DNA of 62,417 nt, filler included, from Nemertoderma westbladi (GCA_032718475.1; 4 parts of 4 records of this genome joined end to end with filler, not necessarily neighbours in it), one strand, 5' to 3'. Positions 46,724 through 58,311 are shown, numbered from the whole stretch's first letter. Notes: a model not told the origin generated them from the letters alone. Made by a program: numbers and translations.

Positions 46724-47812
46724 ATGCCACGCAAGATGAAACCGATTTTAAGCCGAAGCTTAGACAAAAAACTGTTAAGAATTTATTTAGATCCTTCATC
46801 CCCTGCGGGATTTGCAAGTGTTGCAAAATTAGCAAAAGCTGCAAACATCAAACCAGCACAAGCCCAGAAATGGCTGAGTGGGCAAAAGACATACACCCTT
46901 CACGCTCCACATAGACATCATTATCCAACATCTAAAATATTTACGGGAGGCTTAAAAGATATATATATGATAGATCTGGTGGATATGCAGCAATATAAAT
47001 CGCAAAATAATAATTATAACTATATATTAACATGTATTGATGCCTTTAGCAGGCTTGCTTTTGCCTATGGTATGAAAACAAAAAAGGGTATTGAAATTAT
47101 TAGTATATTGCAAAAAATATTCCAGAAAGGAAAACCAAACAGAATCGCGACTGATCAAGGTTCTGAGTTTCTAAATAAATCTGTAAGGAAATATTTAGAT
47201 ACGTTAGGTATACAGTATTACGTAATGTACTCTGTGAATAAGGCGGCTATTGTTGAGAGATTCAATAGAACATTAAAAACAAAGATGTTCAAAATTTTCA
47301 CGCAACGGGGAAATAATGTTTGGATAAAAATTTTACCTAAGCTTATCTCAGCTTATAATAGGTCATATCATAGGACAATACAAATGATTCCCATTGATGT
47401 TAATAAATTTAATGAAACTGAATTAATGAATAGATTATATGGGAAATATAGACAGATTAATCACAAGAAAATAAAATTTAAAGTTGGAGATACAGTACAA
47501 TTATCTATCGCTCGTACTGCTTTTGCTAAAGGCTATCGAGAACAATGGACACGTGAATTATTTATTATTCATCGTGTCAGGTTGGATAGAGTACCAGCGG
47601 TAATGTTCGATATTAAGGACAGCGCTGGAGCTATAATAAATGGCGCATTTTATTCTCACGAACTCCAAAAGGTCCACCCGAATAGTAATATTTATCTACC
47701 AATTGACAAAAATATTGGCAAACTTAAAGAACATGTACACAATGGGAAGAAAGAATATTTAGTCCGATTCATCGGATCCAAGAAACAGTCGTGGGTACAG
47801 CATATTCAATAA
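46724..47812 (+). CDS. Retroviral-like (rve) integrase with C-terminal chromo-like domain
   Basis: YLDPSSPAGFAS, YTLH, DDE triad (MIDLVD, IATDQGSEF, VERFNRTLK), FKVGDTV...FAKGY...WTRELF, EYLVRFIG...SWV. Intact. Confidence 0.95.
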   Translation: MPRKMKPILSRSLDKKLLRIYLDPSSPAGFASVAKLAKAANIKPAQAQKWLSGQKTYTLHAPHRHHYPTSKIFTGGLKDIYMIDLVDMQQYKSQNNNYNYILTCIDAFSRLAFAYGMKTKKGIEIISILQKIFQKGKPNRIATDQGSEFLNKSVRKYLDTLGIQYYVMYSVNKAAIVERFNRTLKTKMFKIFTQRGNNVWIKILPKLISAYNRSYHRTIQMIPIDVNKFNETELMNRLYGKYRQINHKKIKFKVGDTVQLSIARTAFAKGYREQWTRELFIIHRVRLDRVPAVMFDIKDSAGAIINGAFYSHELQKVHPNSNIYLPIDKNIGKLKEHVHNGKKEYLVRFIGSKKQSWVQHIQ

Positions 47813-48016
47813 GCTTAGGTTTATACTGTATGTTAATTCATTTTGGTCGCATATGACCGTAATTAATAAATATTAACTCGAATGATATTACTATATCTAT
47901 AGTTCATCCGCTTTAAATAAAGTCAGTAAAATATTGATCCCTCGCATATACTGTAGAAGATGCGACAATGAACGTGGTCACAGATGTCTATAATTTAACA
48001 TTATACTGTATGTACA

Positions 48017-49990
48017 ATGGAGTCAAATAGAGAGAGCTTAAATAATAATAATAATAATGGCCACAGATACATTTATCACTCTACTTTTATCACTCTATTA
48101 AACACTTACCCCAATAATAATCCTAGTGAGTTTACTGTTGATTTAGCCGAAGAATTATATATTGGTCCAAACGCTAAAATTGGTTTGGCTGAGCTTCAAT
48201 ACCAAGCAACATACAGTAATATTACGCTGCAAACTCAAATCTCGCTGTCAATCGGGGTAGATGTAAAAGATGCCAAATTATATAGTTTATTTCCTGGTAT
48301 GCATAGCTCTATTCAAGTGATTATTGATGATATAAATAAACTGTTTAATTCTGAAGCGAAATATAGAGATTTCGAATTCATTTTTAATACAAATAATTCT
48401 AGAATTAAATTTAAATTTCCTAAAAAGTTGAAAAAAATACAATTAAGTCTACGTGGTGATTTAATACAATTTCTAGGCTTAAAACCGTTATTGGATCAGA
48501 ATCATCCAGATATTCCGAATTGGGATATATACAGTACCACTACAGTAGATGAATTAAGCAATATAGAACAGCCGATATTAATTTTAAATTATAGCGGACC
48601 AAAAATTTCGGAAATTGGCATTTTAGATTTTCCAGCTCCCACGAATATAACACGTAATAAAGACACTATCTTTATATATACAGATATGTGGCTGGCCACG
48701 AGAAAAGGGACCTTATGTCACCGGAGGTCGATTTTGAGTTTTTAGGCCTATGAGATGCAGACTTTTCCAGAGATTTTAACAAAAAAAACAGTGTCTCAAT
48801 ATCTATTTCCAAAAAAAAGTTATAGCGATTTATGTGAAGGTGAATCGGGTAGCTCTTTTCAAAATATTTTTGTTTTTAAAAAAAAATGGGAAATATTAAT
48901 ATCATAGCAATTCTTACTATATAGCTAGGCAGCTCAATGTTATTCGGCTTTTTATCCAACTTTTAACACTTTGAAACTATTAATATTGTTAATGAACTCT
49001 TTATTCAAAAAAACATTTATCCAAAAAAAAATTTTTTTTTAATTTTAAATTTTTTCCAAAAAAGATAAATTTTTTTCAAAAAATTTTTGTTTTTTTACAA
49101 AATTTAAAATTATTCGTATTTTGAACTCATTATTTACATTTTAGAACATTATCGCCCCCTATCGGCAGACAATTGAATATTACAGTCTAGGATTCATTCT
49201 CCAGTATAATTTTATATTGTAGAAGGTTTTCTACAAAATTTCAAAACAAACGGACAGGAATTAAGAAAATGACAAGCAATTTACATTCTAGAACATTATC
49301 GCCCCCTAGCGGAAGACTATTGAAAATTACAGTCTGGGATTCATTCTTCAGTGTCAATTAATATCGCAGTAGGTGCTTACAAATTTTCAGAACCAACGAA
49401 CAGAAATTAACAAAATGACAGCCATATTGCATTTAAAAAAATAACTGTAGGCCTACAGTACCTACATATTACAGTTAGTACAATTTTATTACAGACCTAA
49501 ATTCAGACATGAAAACCCTAAAACAGTGGGATATACAATACTGCAACATGTTATATTGCTTCCCGTAATCAGTTATTTCCTAGGTATATTGAATATCAGA
49601 ACCAATTTGAATTTCCCTCATCGTTTTATACATTTCTAAATCGATAATCCAATTAAATTTGTTCAAAAATAGAGGGAAACTTTAAACGCGATTATCTCAG
49701 AATCAGGTTTTGCGACATAAGGTCCCTTTTCTCGTGGCCAGCCACATATTATTAAGAGCTCATTTGTTGGTGACGCTTTAGCTCCGCTCTTAAGAACCTG
49801 CCCTTTAACGCAATTAAATCGAAAATATATTAATCACGAATACGAGAGCATTTGCTATTACCCATTGTTGAATAAAAAACTAAAAACAATCTTAATTACT
49901 TTACGTGACGGACAAGGCGAATTAATTAATTTTAGCGGAGGTCGCACTGTTATAACACTTAAGTTAATACGGGGTGGCGGTGATGGATGA
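48017..49990 (+). pseudogene. Minor capsid (penton-like) gene 1, split by a TIR transposon at 48688-49745
   Basis: N-terminus YPNNNPSEFTVDLAEEL...IGLAELQY. Removing the insert and one ATAT restores IYTD-IIKSSFVGDALAPLLRTCP...ITLRDGQGELINFSGGRTVITLKL, with stop at 49988-49990. Confidence 0.88.
48688..49745. mobile_element. Non-autonomous TIR DNA transposon (ATAT target duplication; Sola1-like, or TA-type if boundaries shift by 1 nt)
   Basis: TIR gtggctggccacgagaaaagggaccttatgtc / gacataaggtcccttttctcgtggccagccac, with atat on both flanks. No transposase. Confidence 0.9.
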
Positions 49991-50720
49991 ATTCTACGTA
50001 AGACTACCGAGTAACTCCTGTCCAATTGATTTTCCCCGCAATAGCGCTAGTAGTTATCAGATCAATTTCCATGGCGCCTTACCTACCTATAAACCCAAAC
50101 GAAAACTGGGTGGTAGGTATAAAAAGTATATTTTACTTAGCAACGTTGCCGTCCATGTATAACAATGTAGAGAATGTTATTTTATTAAAAAAAGGGAAAA
50201 AAAATTTTGAGGATACACTTCCATCCGGTTTGTTCTACAGTATTTATTTATAGGTCAACAATTAGCCTATTATTTTGGAATTACTGAAAATAATCTCGGC
50301 GCGAATTTAAATCCAAATTTTAAAATTATTTTGAAGACGAAAAATAATATAAAGGGTTATTTAATAAAGGTTATCGGAAATGGAGAAAAAGCTTACCAGA
50401 TGGTATTTTTATGCCCTCAACCACCCAATTCTATTCCAGAACCTAAGTCGAACATGTACGTGACAACTAATATAATTGAAAATCAATATATTAATGACTT
50501 TGGTTTAGCTTTACTTCGTCGTGTTGCTATACCTGATGACGTGAAATATGGTAGCGTAATAAATAAAGAATTTGTCAAGGATACAATTCATTATATCCCT
50601 GTAAAAAAATCATATAAGATAACATACATTCATATTGAAATAACAGACAAAGAAGGAAAAGATTTGAATTTTGAATACGGGACAATATCTATTACATTAC
50701 ACTTTAAACGAATAAATTAA
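49983..50720 (+). pseudogene. Minor capsid (penton-like) gene 2, with frameshift and stop
   Basis: MDEFYVRLPSNSCPIDFPRNSASSYQI (shift) LPINPNENWVVGIKSIFY...MYVTTNIIENQYINDFGLALLRRV...YIPV...IEITDKEGKDLNFEYGTISITLHFKR. Confidence 0.85.
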
Positions 50721-50721
50721 A

Positions 50722-50949
50722 ATGGATTCTGATTTATTTCAAAGATACAGTAAACCTCAATATGGTGGTGCAGACTCGAATCTTGCTGTTTTTAAAGGTG
50801 GTAGAAGTACGAGAGGCTCGACGCAAGTTCCTGTTTTTCGAGGTGGTTCATATATTGACCCTTACGGTCAACAAATTGGCTCATTTGGTCCAAACTTAAA
50901 ACAATGTCGTTTTCAATGTCTTATGGAGATGTACAATCAACTTTTTTGA
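50722..50949 (+). CDS. Polinton pVII-like core protein N-terminus, probably truncated after ~50890
   Basis: YSKPQYGGA...VFKGG...PVFRGG...QQIGS, the Gly-rich QxGG/PVFRG pattern that follows penton in many Mavericks. Confidence 0.6.
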   Translation: MDSDLFQRYSKPQYGGADSNLAVFKGGRSTRGSTQVPVFRGGSYIDPYGQQIGSFGPNLKQCRFQCLMEMYNQLF

Positions 50950-51220
50950 TATACTGGACTTTAATTCTGAACAGCAACATGGACAAACTATCTTCCCTTC
51001 AACTACATTAGTAGTAGAGTCTTGGCCGGCTCGGTGACAGTTAGACCCCACTGCCTGGCGCCATACTGTCTGGGTAACACCTCCTAATTAGGCTAATTAG
51101 ACCCTAATTGACAGGTGTCATCAATTAATTAGTACAATTAAACCCTAATAGGTGTCTTATGACTCCTAATTAGGGTTTAATTGATTATCCTAATTAATCA
51201 ATCCGATACGCAATGGTGAC

Positions 51221-51395
51221 GCTACAGGCTGATCCCGAAGCTGCTGATGCGCCGCTAGAGTTACCATTACAAGCTGATCCCGATGCGCCACCAGTGGTAC
51301 CGTTACAAGCTGATCCCGAAGCTGCTGATGCGCCGCTAGATGTACCGCTATATGCTGATCCCGAACCTGCCGTTGATTCGTCACCAGATCCAGAA
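51221..51395. repeat. Codon-phased imperfect repeat (33/42-bp units)
   Basis: gctgatcccgaagctgctgatgcgccgctaga recurring; reads LQADPEAADAPL on the + strand. Confidence 0.7.
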
Positions 51396-53414
51396 TAATC
51401 CAGATGTACAGGCTCATTAACTGTTATTTTTATAAGTAAACCTAGGCCTACAGATATTATTATATTACGACGTATTTTTATAAGTAAACCTAGGCCTACA
51501 GATATTATTATATTACGACGCCGGTACTGTTACTTAATAAAAGTAGAATATATACGTATGGTAATGCGGTATGGTACTGCGGTACGGTACACACACAGTA
51601 CTGCAGAACAGCAGTTTTCCAGTATCATTTCGTACATATCCAGTTCGGCAGTTTACATATTATAACAGTATATAATGCAGTAATCTTAGCCTACTGTTTG
51701 TTAGTTTTATAGCCTACTGTTAGTTAATTTTATAGTCTACTGTTAGTTAATTTTATTTATAGGCTAGAGTGTACGGGTTTTATAAGCAATAGCTTCTTAT
51801 ATCCTATTATCCTGTTATCATTAAATCAAATATTACGTATAATAATATCTTATGCAGTTATGTGTATTTTGTTATTACAGTTGGCCGGCCTACAGCAGTA
51901 TTATGCTATTATGTGTACATTGAAGTAGGCTTAGTACCGTACTTGTTTATCAATATAGTTTAATAGGTCTACCGGTATGTGCTTACAGTATTATAAACTA
52001 ATATTTCTATCAATGTAATGCATTCTTTCTACCCAAAACAGTAAACTTATTGCCTTTTAACCTGTGTAAAACTCCACCTTTTGAAACGTTTTATCTTTTC
52101 CTGTCCACTAACGGTACTGTTGTATTTCGTAGTTATTGAACTATTACCATATATTGACTAAGTTATGTGATTACATTTCTGTGCACACTGTCTCTACTCT
52201 ACTGACTGTACTGTACTACTGTACATGTGTACAATTATTATTATGTAATTTGCTTCTAAGTTATTAATGTTTATATTACCCCTGAAATTTTTAAGCCTTA
52301 CAAGATGGACACATTTCATTTGAATCTCGGGTTCTCAAGATTATAAAATCAATGACACAAAATTATTTTCAAAAATTGGAGACAGACACCTTTAGTTTCT
52401 AAAATATTCACAAATAATATTTATTTAAAAAAGTTCAGTTCGGTAACATTAATAGAGTGTTTTTTAACCTTCAGCCCTCCAATTAGCCGGTCGTCCGCGG
52501 ACTTTTCTTAAATTTAATTTTTCTTATCTTTGTTTGGAATTGTTTGCGAGTTACCAGTGCAAAAACAAAGTTACCTTCTGGCAAGTCGGCTAAGTATTAT
52601 ATAATTGTAAGACTACATGATCATGAATGACACAAAGAAAGCAAAACTTTCTGATACAAAAGGCACTGCTGTAGAAGAACATGATCCAATAGTTATAAAT
52701 TTAATAAATAAATCACAGCATGGGTGCAGTTACTACCATTGCTGATGCTGCTGATGGATACAGATACAACAGTATCAAGTGATAATTTGGCTTCAGGGGA
52801 GGCCAATACTCATACCCCAATGACCTAGCTTATATTTGAACAGAAATACCATATGCACCCTTAGAATAAGAAACCAGTACAGCAAGATGCAGTGAATCAA
52901 TCTCCTCAACGCAGATAATAATACTTCATACTTCAACATGTATTCTTCTTAAAGGTAGATAGATGTGTTGGAAGAAACAATATATCGTAAAATTAGCAGT
53001 AAGTTTTGCATAACGTTTTTAAGTAAGTCTAGGAATCCTGCACCCGAAGTTGAAATAGATAAATATAGATAGGGAGGTTATTTAATTTAAACCATGGGAA
53101 GAAGTGGCAACTGCTATGATGTGTCCACCTGAGATAATGGTTGACTGCCATTGACTCTGGGTCCCAATTAATAAAATATATAATATAATTAATAAAAATA
53201 ACATGTAACCTATTTTATAATGAAAATGGAACGAGAGCGCGTGCTAATAGCTGAGCAAGTTTAGTTTGTGTTTGTTTTGTTTGTATTATCTGTATAATTT
53301 CTAATAAACCCCCAACACTCCACCCAGGGTCTCTCCCGAATCTTCAATCTTCACCCCCCCCCCCCCTCCCCCCCAACACTCCACCCAGGGTCTCTCCCGA
53401 ATCTTCAATCTTCA

Positions 53415-53514
53415 NNNNNNNNNNNNNNNNNNNNNNNNNNNNNNNNNNNNNNNNNNNNTTAATTAATTAANNNNNNNNNNNNNNNNNNNNNNNNNNNNNN
53501 NNNNNNNNNNNNNN
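53415..53514. other. Assembly gap with spacer
   Basis: N run with TTAATTAATTAA. Confidence 0.97.
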
Positions 53515-53998
53515 GTAGCGAATTTAGCATACAGGTACCACTAACTCAATCGGTGTGTCTGTTGTTCAGTTGATGCTGTTGCTCTGTTGATCTTTTGTGT
53601 CCAATTTTAAACGTTAATAACTCAGCCAAATCTCGATAAAATATATCCAAACTTGGTACATATGTAGTTTGGCAAAAGTTTAGAAATTTTTCAAGTTGAA
53701 TTTGCGTGGGGTCTTCGTGCAGCATCTGTGTAACTGTCTTGCAGTTATAATAAATTAATCTACCCAAAAATTATTAGGCTTGGCATCAGCTGGTTGCTAG
53801 TAGACTGCAGGATATATCAGGCGGGTTTGAAATTCAGCAATAAATGAGAAAAGAATAAATCGGAACTGATGAGCGAGACCCGAGAACTGAAGAATGCATT
53901 GAATTTTTTGAGTAGTTTGACTGTGGACTTCTATGACATCGATGCCAAGCTGCCAATGCGAAAGTTTTTTTTTAAGTAAAACGTCAAAACGTCAGTAA

Positions 53999-54048
53999 GT
54001 CGTCGTCGTCGTCGTCGTCGTCGTCATCGTTGTCGTCGTCGTCTGTCG
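53999..54048. repeat. (GTC)n microsatellite
   Basis: gtcgtcgtc run with a few interruptions. Confidence 0.9.
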
Positions 54049-55739
54049 TAAAGTTTTGATCGCTAATAACTGGGACATTCCTTGATTAAATTAAACAATT
54101 TTGCTACGTATGTAGTCCGTCAAAAGTTTAGAAATAATGGTTTGCAGTGGATAAGAGTATCCATCTGCTATAAATCAGCAGTTACTCGCACAGTTTCGAG
54201 ACTTTGCATAGTTATTAATCGTCAGTCTGCGTTTAGAAAAATATTTTGAGACAAAGAGGACGAGCGAAACGAGGCTAATGAAGGACACGACACGAGTATT
54301 GTAAAATTAAAACCATACTCATGATTTGGGTTACATACTATAATTGTGCACGGCTTCTATTTAACATCCTAAGGATGACCGGGGAAGAACCTACTAGCAT
54401 GTCGCTTTCGTTTGGTAACCTTAGAGGGTGTCAATGTTTTGTCAAATTGCTTACCGGTCTACCGAGAGCCTGTTAATAGAATACGACAATCAGATAACAT
54501 TATTTTAGGTGCTTTATACAATATTTGTAAACCTATCTCACGCATTTTCAGATTTAATCCACTGCGTACATAGTCAGTAGGGCCCCCTAAGTAGTTTTTG
54601 TAGCAGATTGTTCGGTGTTTATACTGTACTGTGTGTGTATGTAATATAATTAGTATCTAATATTTCGTGTTGTGCTATTTCGCTTTTACTATGGGCCCTT
54701 GCGGCTTGGAATAATAATAAATATATACATAAATCAAAATGTCATACATAATAACCCTAGTTAGTTAGTAGCGGTCAATCATTGATGAAATTAAACCAAA
54801 CCTGGTATGTATGCAGAATCATGCTGCGCGAAGGTGGCTGGTGGTTTGAGAAATTTTGACGTTTTATGATTCGAGATAATCCATGATAGTTTGTCCCACG
54901 CCGGTCGGGGAATTCGTCTGTAAATTATCGGCTGAAAACATTTTTGTTATGTAGGGTGGTGAGCTTACTGGAAATATTGACATCAAATATTGTGTATCGC
55001 AATAATATCGCAGTGATGGTTATAGTCTAGACACGTAACATTTATGTCATACAGTAGAGAAAGAGATAAATGACTTACATTGGTACTGAACTACCTTACT
55101 GTACAGTACACACCGGTAGGTAACCCATTACGGTTCTCCTGTAGAGACATGTCATATGTCAATTTAACTCTCATTTACTATGTATGACATGTTCTTTACC
55201 TATAAAGCTTGTAGTCAATAAATATTATCTTATAATTCAAAAACTTGAATAAAATTGTCATGTCAAGAGTGTTGCATGTTGGCATGAGTGAGTTCCACAA
55301 TGTGGTAGGCCTATTTGTATTTAGGACACAGATAAGCAGGCCCTACAGCCCTACAGTATATAGAAATAGCGCATGGCATTGTTTTTTTAATTCAGTAATT
55401 AACATTTTACTGAACTAGAGTCAATCATCGTAGGCGTAGGATTTTATCAAAACTAATTATTTTTTGTACTGGCAATATTAAGTAATGCTTCTTTTATACA
55501 ACTACAAACATACTGAAATTGCCATTAGAATTTACTTAGTTGGTTTTAGTAAGTTAGTGTTTTTAAATAAGACTGTATCGTATTAAACGCCGTATTTTGC
55601 ACCAAATCAACGTTTAGCCATTTAAGTGCCCACAGTAAGCCTAAGGTTGAGTTTACACAGTTAGAAATATTCTTATTGATGTACTTTATTAGTGCGTGTA
55701 TTATGTAGTTTATTCAAATTCAATTTATATCTGTAGACT

Positions 55740-56020
55740 GTAGGCCTACTGTTGGCCCACGTGTAGGCCTACTGTAGGCCCACGTGTAGGCCTACTGTTG
55801 GCCCACGTGTAGGCCTACTGTTGGCCCACGTGTGGGCCTACTGTAGGCCCACGTGTAGGCCTACTGTAGGCCTACTGTTGGCCCACGTGTGGGCCTACTG
55901 TAGGCCCACGTGTAGGCCTACTGTAGGCCCACGTGTAGGCCTACTGTAGGCCTACTGTTGGCCCACGTGTAGGCCTACTCTAGGCCCACGTGTAGGCCTA
56001 CTGTAGGCCCACGTGTAGGC
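55740..56020. repeat. 23-bp palindrome-rich tandem repeat with ~11 CACGTG E-boxes just upstream of the pLGIC gene
   Basis: Unit gtaggcctactgt(t/a)ggcccacgt, ending ~77 bp before the ATG at 56097. Confidence 0.93.
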
Positions 56021-56096
56021 ATGCATTACACTCTCACCAAGCCAATAATCAGGTTACACTTTATTTAATGCATGATTCTGATATCCACAACCAAGA

Positions 56097-57602
56097 ATGC
56101 GCTGTACCATAAGAGTAATTCAATACTGTTTGTTATTCTATTTTTTGGAGATTGTCACTGGAGATGACACCATAGGTATAGGAGAAACAATAACAAAACT
56201 CAAAGATAAACTGTTCAGGAACTATCATCCCGAATATCGACCCGTTTATAATCAAAAGGAAGCCATCCATGTTCATATTTCGTTCAAAGTCAACAACATC
56301 ATCGATATTAATATCGTACATTCGTCTCTGACCTTCTCTGCGTGGACCGTAGTGGCATGGTACGACAATCTACTCACTTGGGAGCCTACTGAATATTCTG
56401 GGATTTCTGAGTTAAGTCTGACACCAAGCCAAGTATGGAATCCTCAGATTGCGGTGCTGGACATGTTAGAGAGGGAAGAAGGTGATAACATTGACTACAT
56501 CACACTATATTCAACTGGAAAAGTGGAACATTTTGAGAGATTTAAGATGGAAGTCGCTCAAGATTTCAACGCAACATATTTCCCCTATGACGTTCAGCTA
56601 GCTTTATTTAAATTCACTTCTTGGACCTACGATGAAAGGAAAATTAAATTGGAATGGTCCCACCATATGAGCCAAATTATTGAAGATGTTCGATTTACAT
56701 CAAATGAGTGGATTTGGGATCAGGGGGTGGCTGTTTCTACTATATCCACCTATTCTTTACGGCATGAAACTATAGGAAAAAATTTCACAACACTGATATA
56801 TGCGATGACTGTTCATAGAAGCCCATACTTTTACTTTCAAAATATTATATTTCCATCTATAGTGATCAGCGCTATACTACCACTTATTTACCTGTTGCCC
56901 CATGAAAAAGGTGACCGAATGGGTCTGGTTTCCACCCTATTCTTTGCTCAACTTCTAAACTTGGTTCTCGTTCAGCAATTTCTCCCCCCAAGTGGAAAGC
57001 CCAAACCGCTTCTTAGCGAAATGTATTTCATTAGCGTTGTGATAACATTGATTACATTTTTCTTGTGTGTAATACTTCAAAAAATATACAAAATTATACA
57101 TGACATGGAAGAAGGTGATCTTAATCAGGAGGAACATGTCGATCACATTTCGAAACAGTTGAAGAATGGGGATTTGGAGGCATCTTCTAATAAAAGTTGT
57201 AGAGGTGAGGAGAGTGGAGATTCTTTGCATTGTCTGCAACAACGGCTAAGGGACCACTGCTGCTGTTTTAAGTCTGGAAACTCAGGACAGCAGGGTAACG
57301 AAGTTGGTATTGATGATGAAGATAGTGTTGGATTTATAAAATCCATACACAATCGAATACTAGATTATTTCTCCGTATCAAAGAAACAGAGTAAGTACAT
57401 GGTGTGGATGAAGATCCTTTGGTTCTCTGATATGGCTTTATTTATTGGCACGGCTGTTTTTGTTATTTTTAATACAGTTCATGTTATGAGAATGTTCGCT
57501 AATGTACCCAATGGACAGGCTGTTATTGATAAGTTTGCCGATCAATATCCTGACGATGATGTTCTTCATGCTGAGTATGTTTATCATTATTACGACTCAT
57601 GA
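56097..57602 (+). CDS. Pentameric ligand-gated ion channel subunit, nAChR-like, single-exon, lacking the Cys-loop cysteines
   Basis: Signal peptide, YHPEYRPV, WYDNLLTWEP.EYSGI, VWNPQI, YFPYDVQ, FTSWTY, HRSPYFY-M1, GDRMGL-M2, LPPS, M3, long loop, M4. Confidence 0.93.
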   Translation: MRCTIRVIQYCLLFYFLEIVTGDDTIGIGETITKLKDKLFRNYHPEYRPVYNQKEAIHVHISFKVNNIIDINIVHSSLTFSAWTVVAWYDNLLTWEPTEYSGISELSLTPSQVWNPQIAVLDMLEREEGDNIDYITLYSTGKVEHFERFKMEVAQDFNATYFPYDVQLALFKFTSWTYDERKIKLEWSHHMSQIIEDVRFTSNEWIWDQGVAVSTISTYSLRHETIGKNFTTLIYAMTVHRSPYFYFQNIIFPSIVISAILPLIYLLPHEKGDRMGLVSTLFFAQLLNLVLVQQFLPPSGKPKPLLSEMYFISVVITLITFFLCVILQKIYKIIHDMEEGDLNQEEHVDHISKQLKNGDLEASSNKSCRGEESGDSLHCLQQRLRDHCCCFKSGNSGQQGNEVGIDDEDSVGFIKSIHNRILDYFSVSKKQSKYMVWMKILWFSDMALFIGTAVFVIFNTVHVMRMFANVPNGQAVIDKFADQYPDDDVLHAEYVYHYYDS

Positions 57603-58193
57603 TAGCATAATCAATTCTTCCACCCGCATAGTTTGCAAAACTTACAGTATTTTTTATTTACAAATGTGGCAAATTTATATCATTTTTGTCCAAGTTTGAT
57701 GTTGACTACTACGCCAAGGTTGGACATGTTTTTGAGATTATAGATTTTGAAGATCTCCAATGAGTGATAAATCTATTCCGCTTAATCCAGCATAGTCGCT
57801 TTAATCGAGACACATATTATTCCAGAGACTTGAAGTTATCTTATAAACTAACCAGTACAGTATCTCCATCCAAAGTGTTGTAATAATTCTTATGATTTTT
57901 TGACAATTTTCTTGATAATATGATTTTTGACAATTTTCTTGAAATTATTTAGCTAAGCGTTTATAACTCTTCAGTTTATATGTGGGGAGCTACTGTCCAG
58001 GGGGCTACATTGTATTGATTATAAATAAACAATTAAGGAGGGAAAGGAGCAGGTTACAGTGGATGCCAACGCCAAGTAGAATAGACGTATTTGTAGACCT
58101 TGGTCGTGAATCTCTTACTATATAGCTCACCAATAATACAGGCTTACCTAAGAGTATTGTTTGTTACCATAAAGTCGTAGATAATCACGTTTT

Positions 58194-58311
58194 GGATTAT
58201 GAATGGGATAATCTTTTAGGCTCGTTAAACCAAGGGATACCAGTCATCACCACCATGGGTGATCTCCCACAGTAAACCCTTCCACTCTGTTTCCCAAGTT
58301 GCCTTGATTCC
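58194..58311 (-). mobile_element. 3' fragment of the SINE family at 35056-35325
   Basis: gaatgggataatcttttaggctc...ccttccactctgtttcccaagttg match. Confidence 0.8.

Larger units (their letters stand above)
43227..50890 (+). mobile_element. Partial Polinton/Maverick (endogenous adintovirus-like element)
   Basis: Terminus AGTAGTATATATT followed by a CCAATCA-rich non-coding region. Compact intronless AT-rich genes: ATPase, rve integrase, two penton-like genes and core-like proteins. No second TIR, pPolB, MCP or protease seen. Right boundary approximate. Confidence 0.92.

Noticed and set aside
43227-50890. Bacterial prophage or contamination
   Set aside because: The gene set (rve integrase with chromo-like tail, A32 ATPase, pentons) is Polinton-type, it carries a eukaryotic TIR insertion, and it is contiguous with host repeats.
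53860-53895. CTGATGAG as a hammerhead ribozyme core
   Set aside because: No stem II followed by GAAA and no closing helices found.
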